DNA of 61,559 bases, filler included, from Bipalium vagum (taxonomy: Eukaryota), in the NCBI GenBank assembly GCA_037834085.1. It is 3 parts of 3 records of this genome, joined end to end, with 100 filler letters (N's around TTAATTAATTAA, not from the genome) between each part and the next. Parts side by side here need not be neighbours in the genome. Positions count along the whole stretch, not along the records: positions 1 to 25,513 come from JBBMKC010192070.1; 2 more parts are not named here. The stretch is one strand, 5' to 3'. Each line of letters opens with the position of its first letter. Position 1 is the stretch's first letter. Below the pieces are notes generated by a model. That model ran no database searches and was not told the origin of the DNA. It was given only the letters and a program-made list of their open reading frames with translations. Below, in pieces: positions 1 to 13,539 of this stretch. The position numbers were made by a program, and so were the translations under genes.

Positions 1-1400
1 ATAACTAACTTTTAATATGTCGGACATATTTTTAATTAAAGCGCGTTAAAAATAGTATTAAAACAAATATATATGATGACTAAAACATCTTATCTTAATA
101 AATGACATTATCATTTATGAAAAAGTCACTTTCAACTTGTACACCTAATAAAATATGGTTAAAAAGTAATTTATTTGATACTAATATTAATAGACGCAGT
201 AAAAAAACTTTGTAAATGACATTGTTGACTTTGAATATCAATAACTTTTTAATTAATTTCCTTTTAACTTTAAAATTTTAAGATATAACAGACTACAGAT
301 TTGTATAAGGATGGTTAAACTTTTATAACAATATGATTAGTATTACCATAGTTATTGTTGAAGAAACACAACATTTTTAAACATTTTCACATTTTTTGAG
401 TAAGCGCATATTATATTTTAATAATTTAAAATTTTTTATTAAGATTTATCATTGAGATATTTTATTATATATAAATTCTTTTTTTAATATAAAAATATCC
501 GGTTATTTATTAACAATAAAAAATTCAAAATTCTGATTGGTTCATAAACAATATTGCCTACATTAATTTTTTGTTTTAGTTTAATGGTTTTTAAACAATA
601 GATCTAGAATAATTATATAAAATAAAATGAAACATATTGATATTATTTTTACTTGCTTGGAATATTGATGTAAAGGTAACTCTAATTAAACTTACGAAAA
701 CTCACTACATTTCATTTTTCTCAAAAAAATAATTCGAAATTATTTCGTCAGTATATTTTACTAAACACTTTCCTTATCTCGTATGAAAACAAAATATATC
801 ATTTTTAATATATATTTTTTAATATTTTGTTTGATCGGATAAAGAAACAGAAATAATACGAAGAGAATAATTGACAGATTGCCTTAATAAAGCCAAAATT
901 AAATGAAATATGTCAATCAAAAGATAAAATCTTGATAAATAATCACTATGAGAAATCAAAAGGATAAGGATCAGCTATAAATTTCTCATTTCATTTATCT
1001 TTATTTTCAGAATCCTGGAGATCCTATCTTGAGAAATTAATTCTAATTATCATTTTAGAGAGAAAGAATATTTTCCTTATTTTACTAAAAATTATTACAC
1101 GATATCCGCAAAAAGGATTTTCATGGAGAATATATCTTAATTTTATTTTAGCATTTTTACGAAGGAAAAAAATTTTCGAAAAATATTTAAAAAATATTTT
1201 TTGATTTGAAATAATTAAATATTAAATTTAATAATGTTTGTTACTAAATATAGAGTTGGAATGAAAGTCTTTACGGAATACCGATTGCAGCTAATTTTAA
1301 TGTTGTCAAGATAATGTAAAAATTCAAATTCGTTCATTCAATATGTTAAGATCATATTGAGGTGTCATTTCATTGATTTGATACTGTTAGGTATAATAGA

Positions 1401-2001
1401 CACAGTGTGACAATAAAGCTCTAGTTTTTTTAGATGTAAAAAATCAAAGGTACATAAGACAACAATAAATCATATTTCATTACTCAAATTAGTCACCATT
1501 GACTTTAATATTCTTAGTAAATCTTTTATATAAAGCGCCAAAACTTTGTTTAAAGTTTTCTTTTGGAATACTCTTCAGTTCGCTTGTAATAGTCATTTGA
1601 ATATCATCAATATCTTGGAACTTTCTTCTTTTAAGTATGGGTCTCACCTTTGGAAATAGCATGAACTTTGCTGGAGGTAAATCCAGTGAATATCGTGGAT
1701 GGCACCGGAGTTATCTTTCCTTTTTCAGCTAGTAAACCTTTTACGATTACTGTACTGCGGTCTAATTCTGCGAATTTTTTTCAAAAGCCGAGACATCACT
1801 TCTTTGTAATAAACGGCATTGACTATTTTATCCGAAGATAGAAATTCTTTTAAAATGTTAGCAGATTAATTATGCAAATTAATGCACATAAACAAATAAC
1901 TAGTTGAAAAAAATATTCAAAAATTTTAATGAACTGTATCATGAGCTGCCAACATAAAAAATATTTTACAACTGTATAATTCGCTTTATTGTCACATCAT
2001 G
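1401..2001 (-). mobile_element. Internally deleted mariner (irritans-like), both TIRs recognisable
   Basis: Imperfect TIRs: CACAGTGTGACAATAAAGC at 1401 and GCTTTATTGTCACATCATG ending at 2001, followed by TA. Minus-strand translation around 1480-1705 reads HPRYSLDLPPAKFMLFPKVRPILKRRKFQDIDDI, the mariner YSPDLAPxD C-terminal region, decayed. Confidence 0.75.
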
Positions 2002-3879
2002 TATTAATTATCAAACCATGTCATTTGACCAACTGCATTTCAGATATTGTATGTTATACGAATATCAAAGCGGTTCTTTTTTCAGGTCAAGTTGGTCTTG
2101 AAAAATTCAAAAAATAATTAGCACAGTTCTAAACAGGTAATTTTGACTTTCATGATAAATAAAGATCATAAAGACCATCAAACTTTGATAATGATACCTC
2201 AGAAAGTCTTATAGAGATCGACCCCAATTGACCAGAATGATTATTTTCAGTCGTACAGAAGATTGAGACATTTGTACAAAATGGGAATTTTGGTCAATAT
2301 TATTAAAAAAATAACAAATCAATTTTAGTGATATTATGTAAAAAGAAATACTTCCTTTTATTATTCGAGACTTATTCAGATATCTCCCGACTTTACATAA
2401 CCTTCTACCCTTAGTCAAATTTAAAAGACATTTGACCATCAATAAACAGTTTCTGATGATATCTTTTAAAAATAGATTAAGAATTTCGTTATACCACTAA
2501 AATTAAGTTATTTTGATTAGAAAAGAAATTAATTAATAATATTATTACTTATTTTTATTATTATTTATTATTATAAAATATATTAATTAAATAATAAATT
2601 TTTCATCAGAAAACTACTTAAAGAACCTTAAAATGTTCTAACATTTATACAGAAGAAAAAAGTGACATTATTAAACTCATTTCTGAACCAATTCAAACAA
2701 TAATATAATATTAATAGGAAATATAATTTTCATGAGATCATTATTTCGAATTTTAAGTCGAAACTTGAGTGAAAGGAAAAACGATATTTGCCAGGAAAAA
2801 AGTTTTTCAAAGTTAAAAACCGGACTATGAAATATAAAATATTTTCACTTAAAATGACAAAAGCCACACTGAATTGTCAATGGTCAAAGGCACTGAATAA
2901 TTTACAAAATTAGAGCCTATTCAGCTGGCCACGATCTGGAAACGGAGAGCTCGGGTGGTTATGGATACAAATTGAAAGGCATTTCTCGAGATTGGGGATA
3001 AATATCATTAGCAAATTATCCCCGACCAAAAATGTTTTCGGGATTGTTTTTTTCCGTCAACTTTCCCCTAAGAAATTTTTAAAAAATTACCAATGTTTTT
3101 TCGTAAAAACTCAGTTCATTTAAACAACGACTGTGAAGAAAAATATGGCCCTGCCAACACTTCCTTAATATTAACACTTCGTTAAATAACAACTGCAATT
3201 TAATTATTTCTAATGAGGAACAAATAGGCAGTTGTACAAATCTTGGAGAGTAAAATGTAATTACTAGGAATCCGACTCCAGCAGTCTGGAAAAGATGATC
3301 AAAATTATTATAAATAAACACTCAATCAATGTTCTTTAAATTTTTTGTTCATATGCTTTTATTTGAACCATATTATACCAAAAGAGGGATATCCGCTCAG
3401 TTTCTTTCTATGGAAAAAACAGTAAATAATAATAATAATATTATTATTATTAAATTAATTTAATTAAATTAGGAATGTGAGGCAAAATTCCTTTCCGAGG
3501 ATTTGGATTTAATTTATTTTCTATTTATCTTTTTAAATCTAACGCTAATTATCTGACATGATTGGTTAGTACTAAGGGTAAATTAGACATCAGACAAATT
3601 TTATTAAGGAGTCTTTCTGGAAGAGAATGAATGTGGATTTAAATAATGTCAGAATTCGTGGATTATCCTAAAAAGTATAAGACTATATATAAATGATTTT
3701 ACATGTTACAAAACAAAAACAATAATAGTAAAATCATTCAAGAAACCATGTGATATCTTTAAATCCTCAAATTACTTAAACTCACCATTTCTAAATTTTC
3801 GAAATCATTCTTTTCGAGTTGAATCTATACAACCTAATTTTCTGAACTATCAGGTTGAGGAATAAATAATTCATGAGGG

Positions 3880-4570
3880 TTTTTAAAATAACTTTATTTG
3901 AATAAACAATAAAGGAATAGTACACAATTTATTATAAAATAAATCGTTCAATAAATTCGTCCAACCAAGGGCTCTCTTCCACTCCATTATTGAATGTTAT
4001 GCCACTCAAAGCATTCGATAGCAATCGAAAGAGATAAAAATCCGATGATGCCAAGTTTTGGGAATATTAAGGGTCAGGCAACACGTCCAATTGAAGTTCT
4101 TGAATCGCTGCTTTAGTTATATTGGTGATGTGAGGACGAGCGTTATCGTGCTGCAAAAGAACACTGTATAAACGATTTGGGGTTTTTTGTTGAATTGCTT
4201 TGATAAGTCGGTGCGGTTAATGAACGTAGAGCTCCCCATTAAATATTTGGTTTTGCCTAAGTAATTAACACACAACATAATCTTCGAGGATTGAGATCTT
4301 GTTTGATACATTACTGTTTGATATTTTTTCGCAATGATATAACGAAAAATAGTGTCCAGTAAATGATTTATCATTTGAATGATTAAAGAAATTTTTATTA
4401 TTGTAATACAAGATTTGAATGTCATATGTTGCTATTTATAGAAAGATGGTTGACCTTGTAAGTATGATACTATTCAAAAAATGTATGAGCGGAATTTTTG
4501 AAAGCTCTCTTTGAACAAAAACATTTACATTTAATAATTAAATTTAACATTTAGCATTCTCTAGTATTGT
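3880..4570 (-). mobile_element. Mariner transposase remnant (mellifera-like); boundaries approximate
   Basis: Minus-strand fragments read LQHDNARPH, then IQELQLDVLPDP*YSQNLASSDFYLFRLLSNALSGITFNN. The 4117-4425 ORF is a frame-shifted by-product. Confidence 0.75.
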
Positions 4571-5257
4571 CTGAAGATTCTCAAAAAATCTTTATGTATT
4601 TCAGTAAATTGTAATAATATATTTATTATAAATTATTGAAGAATTTATAATTTTAATGATAATCAATATTATTTTCCTGATATTTAGATATTCGTTGTCG
4701 AAGAATATTGACGATTTTAGTAACGAAAACTATGTTGATTATCATATTTTAGTAATAAAATAAATAATGCCCTTTGTTTTAATTATAAACTTTTCTAATT
4801 AACAGCATTTAAACTAAACTAAAATATTATTTATATTTCTAAATGGACTTGACAAATATCTTAGATCTAGTTAATTAATGCCCATTTGAATTATATAATA
4901 TAAAAAAACTTAGATAAGTAATTTTGAAAATTTTTGCAAAAATTATTATTAAGGTATAAAAAATCAATTTAATTTTTATAAAAAATAAAATAAATTTTAT
5001 CGAATAATATAAAATAAAAATTGCTTGAAAAAAATTTATCTATATTGACAACAAAAAGCTCAAATAATATTTAAAACATTACTTATATTTTTAATTTAGT
5101 TTTCATTGTCAATTATTAATATAAATTATTCATTTGATGTTCTTTACTTTTGTCTAAGACATAGACATACCAGAAATATGTTTTAAGAAATAAAAATTGA
5201 AAATTGTTGCAAAAATTGAAAATAATAAATATGAAATTGAAAAATTATTCAATCGAA

Positions 5258-5802
5258 AAATATTAAAAATATCTTTCCCTCTTATTATTTATTCTACAAA
5301 AGCAAATAAATAAATAAACAAATAATAATAATAATATTCTAACGAAATACTGTTTTTATTAAGCAATATTTGACAAATGATAAAAAGTTAAATTAATATT
5401 TACTTTCTTTCGAAAATTTTTTCTTGAATTATTATTTTTAATTCTCTTGTTACATATTTTATTTAAATAAATTAAATAAACATATAAAAAACCCATTTGA
5501 TGCTAATCTATAAATGGCCTTAATATTACATCATATATAATAGATGGATGCATAAAGTCGCAGAAAAATTGCATTTTTTAATTGTTATGATTTATGATTA
5601 TAATCAACATTATATATATATTCAATAATTTAAATATATATCAATAATAATTTTTATAACGAATGACTAAAATAAATAATAATAACTAATGATACTATTA
5701 TTTTTAGAATCAATATTTCGATAGAATAATATTAGTCTTTGTCTATTTTTTTATTTGCTTTTGTAGAATAAATAATAAGAGGAAAAAATATTTTTAATAT
5801 TT
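5258..5802. mobile_element. MITE/fold-back-like element with ~90 bp inverted arms
   Basis: 5258-5352 (AAATATTAAAAATATCTTTCCCTCTTATTATTTATTCTACAAAAGCAAATAAA...) is the near-perfect reverse complement of 5711-5802. The core is AT-rich and non-coding. Confidence 0.6.
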
Positions 5803-6959
5803 ATTTAATATTAATACTTAACAAATTTTAAAAATTTAGTTAAGTTATCGCTGACATATTTAATAAATTAGTTAATAAAAACAAACAGCAAGAATTAATG
5901 AAACTACTTAATATTTATTTGTTAAATAAATATGTAATTTTTAATATTTTAATTTTATATTTTTTCTATTGAATTTTAAATTTAAAAATTGAAGATTTAA
6001 TTATAGTTATACAATTCAAATATTTAATGTATTAATTTGCACAGTATTTTCAGAAAAAATCAGAAAATCAGATGTAATCAATAAAATAAAGTAAAATCTT
6101 TTTATCTTAATAATAATAATAATTAATGATAATAATAAATACAGAAAAGGTAAAAACAGAAAGTGATATTTTAGAAATTAATGTACATTATATTGGATTA
6201 TAAAATTTGTAAATAATCTGTTAGAAAATCAACAAATAAAAATTTTTCTGCAAACCCTTTAATGAATAAAATCAATGTCGAGGTTAGAAAAGATTTCATT
6301 GAAAAATAATTTCGGCTCTTCAAAATTTTAATCTTCTCATGCCCTAAATCATAAATAAATTAGCTAAAAACTACTAATCCGTAATCAAGACACTAATCAA
6401 TTAATCGTTCATAATCCACAGATCTGATATTACTTTCTCAAACGGTTAAGAAATTAGATTTTTCTGCTTTGCTTACTTAATTAAATGGCTTCTCCTTGAC
6501 TTGCGTGTCTTCTCTTTTCTTATGAAACTTCAAAGATTTTCATACTTTTCAACATTAGTTGTTTCAGTATGAACATTTTTCCCATTTTCATTTTGCTGAT
6601 AGTAAATTAATGCTTTGATAATGATAATAATATTAATAATCATCATTATTAGTATAATAATAATATTAAATTATAAAATTATTATTGTTATCATGTGCTT
6701 ATATTTTAATACTTTTAATTAAATTTGATGCAAATTTAATAAATAATTAGGTATGACAAATAAAACATAAAATCAAAATCAAATATGTACGTGGTAATAA
6801 TAAAAGTACTTAGACTGCACCAGAAATATTGAAGAAACTTAAATAAAGTGTTTCACGTAAACTAATAATAATCATGTAAAAGTATGAAATATACAATTAG
6901 ATTAAATATTCTAATTTCTGTTTGCACTCTTAGATCTGATTAATTTCAAATAAATGTTC

Positions 6960-7790
6960 GAAAATATGGAATTTCAGAATCTCAAGCGACCATTTTTAAC
7001 TGGATACGAATAGTTTCATCTGGCCTAACAAGTATTTTCGATGTAACCAAAATTCAAAGACCTGTCGAAAAAATAGTGAAGAAATTAGTAAAAAATGGAA
7101 ATATAGTTTGACAAATGAACGAAACATTACTCAACGCAGCCATCTGACATGCTAAATATATATATATAAGAACCATTTAACTGCTTATAGAGCAAATAGA
7201 AATCAGAAACTCATACAGCAGGTTATTGTAGACATTTCCAACCGCTGAGATGATGGTTAGACGAAAAATGAACTTAAGTGAAGAGATATCCTGTCTTTTG
7301 AATGCATTCGTACTAATATTTTTTTTATTGAAGAGACGATATTGAGTCTCTGTGTTCCTAACTCTAAAGGAGAGTCAAAGAAATCGGTTTTCGAAAATAA
7401 TAAACCACCAAAGGTCTTGCGTCTTCAAATTTTGCAAATGTTCTATGTTCAAAGTTTTTCGGAATAGAAATGACATCTTGATAATAGATCTTACTGAAGA
7501 AATCCTAAATTAGAATTACTACAATAATCTGATTTTTAAAAAGCAACTACTTAACTAGGAGCTTTATTGCACCATGATAACGTTTCTATTCACATCCAAG
7601 AAAACAAAATATATTTTAAAAAGCTGTTCATTGATATCAATTTTCTTCCAATTGAATATGAAAAACAAAAGTATTGTATTTTACAAATGTCTTAGAAAGT
7701 AATTTAGATAAACAACAAAAATTGCAAAAAATTCTTTATTCAAAAATTAAATAGATAATCAGCAAACTTTGGGAAGTCGTACTTGTACAT
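6960..7790 (+). mobile_element. Highly decayed mariner remnant; boundaries approximate
   Basis: LLHHDNVSIH at ~7564-7593 matches the second catalytic D motif (HDNA). Weak upstream resemblance to the DETW...PETKQQS region. Confidence 0.5.
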
Positions 7791-7937
7791 CGATTTATCG
7801 TAAATGATAACGTTTTTACTATTACTTAGATAGATAAAATATAATTAATTAATAATAATAATAATTTTAACCAATTAAATTACCAATATAATTGAAAATA
7901 AATATTTTATTTTTTCATGTATCAATTACTTTTTAAG

Positions 7938-8246
7938 CTCACGGCAACGGATCCAGACAAGACTGCTCAGATTACATATTTGATCGACTCCAATGCCAAT
8001 TCAGAATTACGTTCAATATTTGAGGTTCGGTCCAATGGAGGAGTGTGGCTGCAAAATCAGAAACTTGACTATGAGACAATGTCCTCCTATACTATCCCAG
8101 TCATGGTCTCAGACGGCATTTACAGCAACACTGGGGAATTGAAAGTAACTTTGCAGAACGTCAATGATGAACCACCGAAATTTCTTTTAAATCCAAGTCG
8201 TCTGAAGGTTGTAGAGAATAATAGACCAGGATTATCGATTGGGCAG
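7938..8246 (+). CDS. Internal exon of a cadherin/protocadherin-family gene (about one extracellular cadherin repeat)
   Basis: Acceptor tttttaag at 7937 and donor GT at 8247; 309 nt, phase 0/0. Translation has the Ca2+-binding motifs ATDPD, LDYE, VSDG and NVNDEPPKF...VVEN. Confidence 0.9.
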
Positions 8247-9329
8247 GTATGATCCAGTTTATTGTTCATAAAACGTAAATGTTTCTTTTTTATACTCAAT
8301 AATGGATTTTTTTATATAGTTAATATTGAAAATTAAACATTTAAACAAAAGTTTATTTTCATTCTTTTATCATGGAAATAAGAATAAAAACTGAAAACAA
8401 TTTGCCTAAATAATCCATTAAATAACAAGTAAAAGAAAACATTTAATTAAAGTATATATTATCTGAAAATAATATAAGTCTCTTCTATTAATTTGTTGTT
8501 TATATTAACAGTGGAATATACCGATCAATAAAAATGAAAATAATTTATTTATATTTATATATAATATATATTTACAACTCCTAATTTATTGACAGAAAGT
8601 GCATTATGAAGGGCTATAAATCTAAAAATGAAAAGAATAAAATCCCTTCATACTATCAAGATACTTAGACAAAAGAAATCAGATATACTCCCCATCCAAA
8701 TATTACCGAAATCAAAGAGTATCTTTTCCACATATGAGCGGCCTTAAATGAATAATTGAAATTTGCTAATAATTTACCAACGGTTGCTTAATTCATAAAT
8801 AAAGCGCAGCAAAAATAATAAATATATATAAATAATATTTCAAAATAAAATGATATCATCTCTCAAATAAACAGATGGTATCGCTATTTTTTCATACGTG
8901 ACTTTATGTGGGATTTTTACAAGGATGAACGATTAAAAATAGTATATATTTTCATAGTTTACAAAAAATAATTATTGAATTAAAACGCAAATCATTTTAT
9001 TAGAAAACTTTCTATTTGTCTATTTGAAATTAGTTTAATTAATTATTAAAAGGAAATGGAAATTAAAGAAAAATAAAGTAAGGTATGTTGAAGAACTGAT
9101 GAGATTGTTGATAATAATTTTTTTCTTTTATAAAATTATGTTTAACTTTTCAAAGAAATATTTAAGAAATACGTGTGTGACAAAATTATATTATATTTTT
9201 GACTTGTTTTATTTCTGATATTGAATCTTAGTAATAAATTATTATTATAAATTATATATAAATAATACATTAAAAATAGTTTAGATTATTAATTATTATT
9301 ATTCTATTATTATACATATTCTACTACTA

Positions 9330-10598
9330 TTAGGTGTTCAACTATGACTCCGGCTTTTTTTTAAAATGATAATAAATATTTTTTTGCATATATATCTAAA
9401 TTATATTGAATTGACTTATAAACAAAAATATCATATAATTAGTAATATCACGAGACAGTTGTTTTAATATTCCTTATTATTATAGCAATTCAAAATGTCA
9501 ATATTCATCCCAAATAAACGACATTTGTGGGAAGTAATTTTACATTACTTTATTGTTAAGAAAAGTGCAGCGGAAACGTACCGTTTGCTTAGAAATACTT
9601 ATGGAGAACATGGTCCTTCGATGACCACATGTAAAGATTGGTTTTATCGTTTTAGAAATGGCCAATATGATACGAACGACAAGGAACATGGGAAGCCACA
9701 AAAACAATGTGAAGATAGAGATTTGAGAAGGCTGTTGGACAAAGACCCATGCCAAACACAATCTGATCTGGCTGTGGATTTAAATGTGACTCAACAATGC
9801 ATTTCAAAACGTCTGACAGCTTTAGGAATTATTCGAAAGTTAGGAATTTTGATCCCATGTGAATTGACAGAAAGATGCCTTGAACGGCGAAAATTATATG
9901 GTGATGTCCTTCTTCAGAGATAAAAAAGAACAAGTTTTTTGCATCGAATTATCATAGGAGACGAAAAATGGATTCGTTATGAAAATCCAAAACGCAAAGT
10001 AGCTTGGGTGATGCCAGGTGAACCCGATCCATCAACACCAAAACAAAATGTTCGCGGTTTGAAAGTTATGTGGTGGGATCAGAAAGGAGTGATCTATTGT
10101 GAACTTTTAAAAACTTCTCAAACACTAACTGGTGAACTTTATCAATTACAGTTAATTCGTTTGAAGTAAGCTTTGAATGAAAAAAGACCGGAATGGATGA
10201 CTAGACACGAAAAGATAATTTTACAACATGATAACGCAAGGCCACATGTTTATTCAGTTGTAAATAATGACTTAGAAGGTACAAAGGGGGAAGTCTTACT
10301 TCACCCGTCCTATTCACCAGACATTGCTCATTCGTATTACCATTTCTTCCGCTCTTTGCAATCAGCACTCTCCGGAGAGCGGTTCAGTTCCCTTAAAGAC
10401 CTCCAAAATTGGATTGACAGCTGGATTCCATCAAAAGAGCCAGAGTTTTTCGTTCATGGAATTCATTCGTTATCTGAAAGATGGGCAAAGGCTGTAGCTT
10501 CAAATAGAACATATTTTCAATAAATGTTTTCAAATAAAATTTGTAATAAATGTCTTTGTTTTCTTATTTTAAAAAGCTGGAGTCATAGTGTACACCTA
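9330..10598 (+). mobile_element. Near full-length mariner, mauritiana (Mos1-like) subfamily, 1269 bp
   Basis: TA target duplications at 9328-9329 and 10599-10600. TIRs are TTAGGTGTTCAACTATGACTCCGGCTTTT and, on the reverse strand, TTAGGTGTACACTATGACTCCAGCTTTT. Encloses the transposase at 9495-10523. Confidence 0.95.
9495..10523 (+). pseudogene. Mariner DD34D transposase pseudogene
   Basis: The three ORFs (9495, 9939, 10173) share one frame and are separated only by TAA stops at 9921 and 10167. Motifs DKEHGKP, GDEKW, HDNARPH and YSPDIA resemble Mos1. The third catalytic D appears replaced by Y (YSPDIAHSY). Confidence 0.93.
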
Positions 10599-11915
10599 AT
10601 ATATACATTATATATATCAGCAAACAAAATTTGGTAAAATTAAAATTTCATTAAAATCCAAAAAATGTGATCATTTTAAAAAAAAATGACAGGCAACAAT
10701 TATATGAATGTTCATGCCTGATATTGTTCTTCGAGCAATTGATGACTGGTCTCTATCTTCCGCCAGCCAGTATGAATAATTTTATCGATCTGTCGATTTA
10801 AAATTCTGATTTCACCGATGATCTCAGTGTAACGTTACTATGACGACAGCTTTCAAAGACCTTTGAGAAAAAATTGATTATCACAGAAGACCCATGATAA
10901 TAAATAAAATTAACCTGACATTGCAAAGATAAAAGGTACGAATTTTTTTTAAAATAATTTGCTTTTAAAATAATATGAGATATTCATATATTCCCAAAAA
11001 GGTTAATTCCAAAGAATTAAAACAAAATAGTTCAATATAATCAAATAATTATTTCTTCAGTACATTTAAAATAAAAAAATTAAATATTTAACAAAATGTA
11101 TTTTAAATATTAAATGATATAATTTCCACATCGATATATCACAAAGCTTTCGTTCTTACATTACTTTGTACAACCAGAGATTATCCAACTTATCATTTAA
11201 AGGTAAAACAACTGGACGGTATTTTCTCCTAAATCTCTCATGTCCGCAAATTGCCATTAGAAACTAATCTAAAAATGTTCCCTAATGGAATTCTGTAAAA
11301 CACAGAGATAAACAAAATGAAAAAATTAAAATGAAAAACAGAGTAAAGAAAAGAAATATAGAAGAAAAACAGAAAAAATACAGTGAAAATAAACGATCCT
11401 TTTAATAACCAGCATTATTTATTTAATAATATTTTAAAATATTTGTTTAAATGAAACTTTCATTGAATAAAACAAGAATATTTTTTCTTTTTTTTATTGA
11501 TTATTTTCAATTTTCAAATGACTTTGAATTTGCATTATTAAATATTTTCATATGCAAATATTTTAAAGTCATTCGAAAAATCAGCTAAAATTTATCATCA
11601 TAAAGTTTTCATCTTTTTCATTACTTTAATGAAAAATTGTTTTATAAATAAATGAAATTTTTTTAATTACAAATAGTGATTTGAGGAAACAAAATATTTG
11701 CTTAAATTATTAAATCTTATAAAGTTTACATTTATAATGTATTTTGAAATATGAAAATATTTAATACAACATAAATTTATATTTTAAAAATATTTTTTGA
11801 AAACTTTAAATAAATTTAATTATAATTATAAAAATAAAAAATAAAAAATAAAAATCATAAAATGAAAATAATCATAGATTTTTTAAAACCATGACGTGAC
11901 TTAATACATAATATA

Positions 11916-12616
11916 TTAGGTTGGCGCAAAAGAAATTCTCGATTTCGACATTTAATTTTAAAACGATAAGACACACAGGTAACAAAATTTTAATAATTAA
12001 AATAACAACTAATCGATGAACACAATTTTCCCATTGCGAAACATGTTTATTTTTTTAAGTCAAATAAAGATCTTGTATTATGGTGGCGACGAAATCGTTG
12101 AAGGTAGTTTTGACTTCGTTCTGGTTCTTTAAGGTTTTTCCAGAATGAAAGAGGTGATTGAAAAAATGATAATCAGTAGACGAGAGATCCGATGAGATAA
12201 AATTCGTGCAACTTGTGCACCGAATTTTGTGACACATATGGTCTTTCATTGTAGTGCAAAAATATTGGTCTTTTCCTGTTGACTCATTCGGGGCTTAATC
12301 TTATTTACGGAATTTAGAAAATCCCCATCGAATCGTTCATTTATTAGTTGTACCTGCGCCGATAGCAGCCTTAATTTTAAAAGCTTTCTCGCCGTTTTTA
12401 AATTTATGTAAAAAAAATATTTCGATTTCTCATCTTGATGGACATGATTTCTAGAGGCCTAAAATAAATTAAAACGTAATTTAAACCAAATTTAAGAGCA
12501 TTATCATATTAAACTTCAAATTGATAAAATGATTATTATTTATAAATTAATATATTTGAACAAAATTACAATGGTGGAGCATTATTAAAACGGAAATTAC
12601 TTTTGCACCAATCTAA
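11916..12616 (-). mobile_element. Internally deleted mariner, cecropia (Hsmar1-like) subfamily
   Basis: TIRs: TTAGGTTGGCGCAAAAGAAATT at 11916 after TA, and TTAGATTGGTGCAAAAGTAATTTCCG on the reverse strand ending at 12616. Minus-strand fragments NIFLHKFKNGEKA and SSDLSSTDYHFFNHL. Confidence 0.85.
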
Positions 12617-13539
12617 TTTTTAGAATCAATATTTATTATAAAATTCCTGAAGTGTAAACTCCATTTACAAAATAACTATTCAAAGTTAAACTTTTATCTT
12701 TAATTTCTGAAAAAGTATATGAAAAAAATTTTATAATGAAAACGAAAATTTTTCTTCATGCATCATGGAGAACCTCAGATCACATGTCCAAAAAGAAAGT
12801 TGCTGTGGAAAAAATTTGGATACCATTCAAAGACGTCTGCTACTCGAGAGACCTTCGTGTAGAAAGAAAACCACTTTTCAGATAAAATACTTTTTAACGA
12901 TTTTGTCGGGTCGATTCATTATCAGTTTGTTGAGGATATTATTATGTTTAATTTTCCCATTTTCATTATGAAATATTCTGAGAAAATATATTTGCGATTC
13001 TTAATTGATTCTTGAGATGAAAGTGGGAAGGATATTTATTGAAGTAAAATAATAAAATTTTCAGCTTCTGTTTGTGACGATCTCTCCAACGGAAGTTTTA
13101 GTAATTCTCCGTTAAGTCAAGTCCTTTTAATCACTAAACGATTTTGCAGAAAAGTTATATATATATATATATAATAATTTACCTTTAAAAGTATTTACTA
13201 TTTATTTTTGTTGATGGAGAATAAAATTTTAATGACCTTATCAGAGACACAGAGACAATATAAAAAATCACCATTTTTGCTTCATAGTATTGATATTAAT
13301 ATGTATAATAAGGGAATCTTTAGAAAAACCTTCATCATCTATGAAGCCAATAACAGAGTTATGTGATAGTTTTAGATATAACATGCTGTTTTTTATTTAA
13401 AATCTCTTTTACATCAATTTGAAATATCTTATATTCTAAGAATTATTGATTTAATAAGTAAACTTAAATCGGTGATTACAGTGAACTCAAAAGAATGTCA
13501 AAAAAGTTTCTAGGCCGTCATAATATTAATTTTTCTATA

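Noticed and set aside
2209-3321. Short ORFs 2209-2442 and 3079-3321
   Set aside because: No recognisable motifs or convincing splice context; probably chance frames or very old repeat debris.
9540-9761. Antisense ORFs over real features (also 14124-14348, 27821-28030, 40620-40820, 48417-48611)
   Set aside because: Shadow frames on the opposite strand of transposase or host exons.
11150-11265. Minus-strand peptide RKYRPVVLPLNDK resembling the CA C-terminal NxRPxQPLN motif
   Set aside because: Weak acceptor, an extra residue within the motif, and no preceding GSLTTPP exon; likely coincidence.
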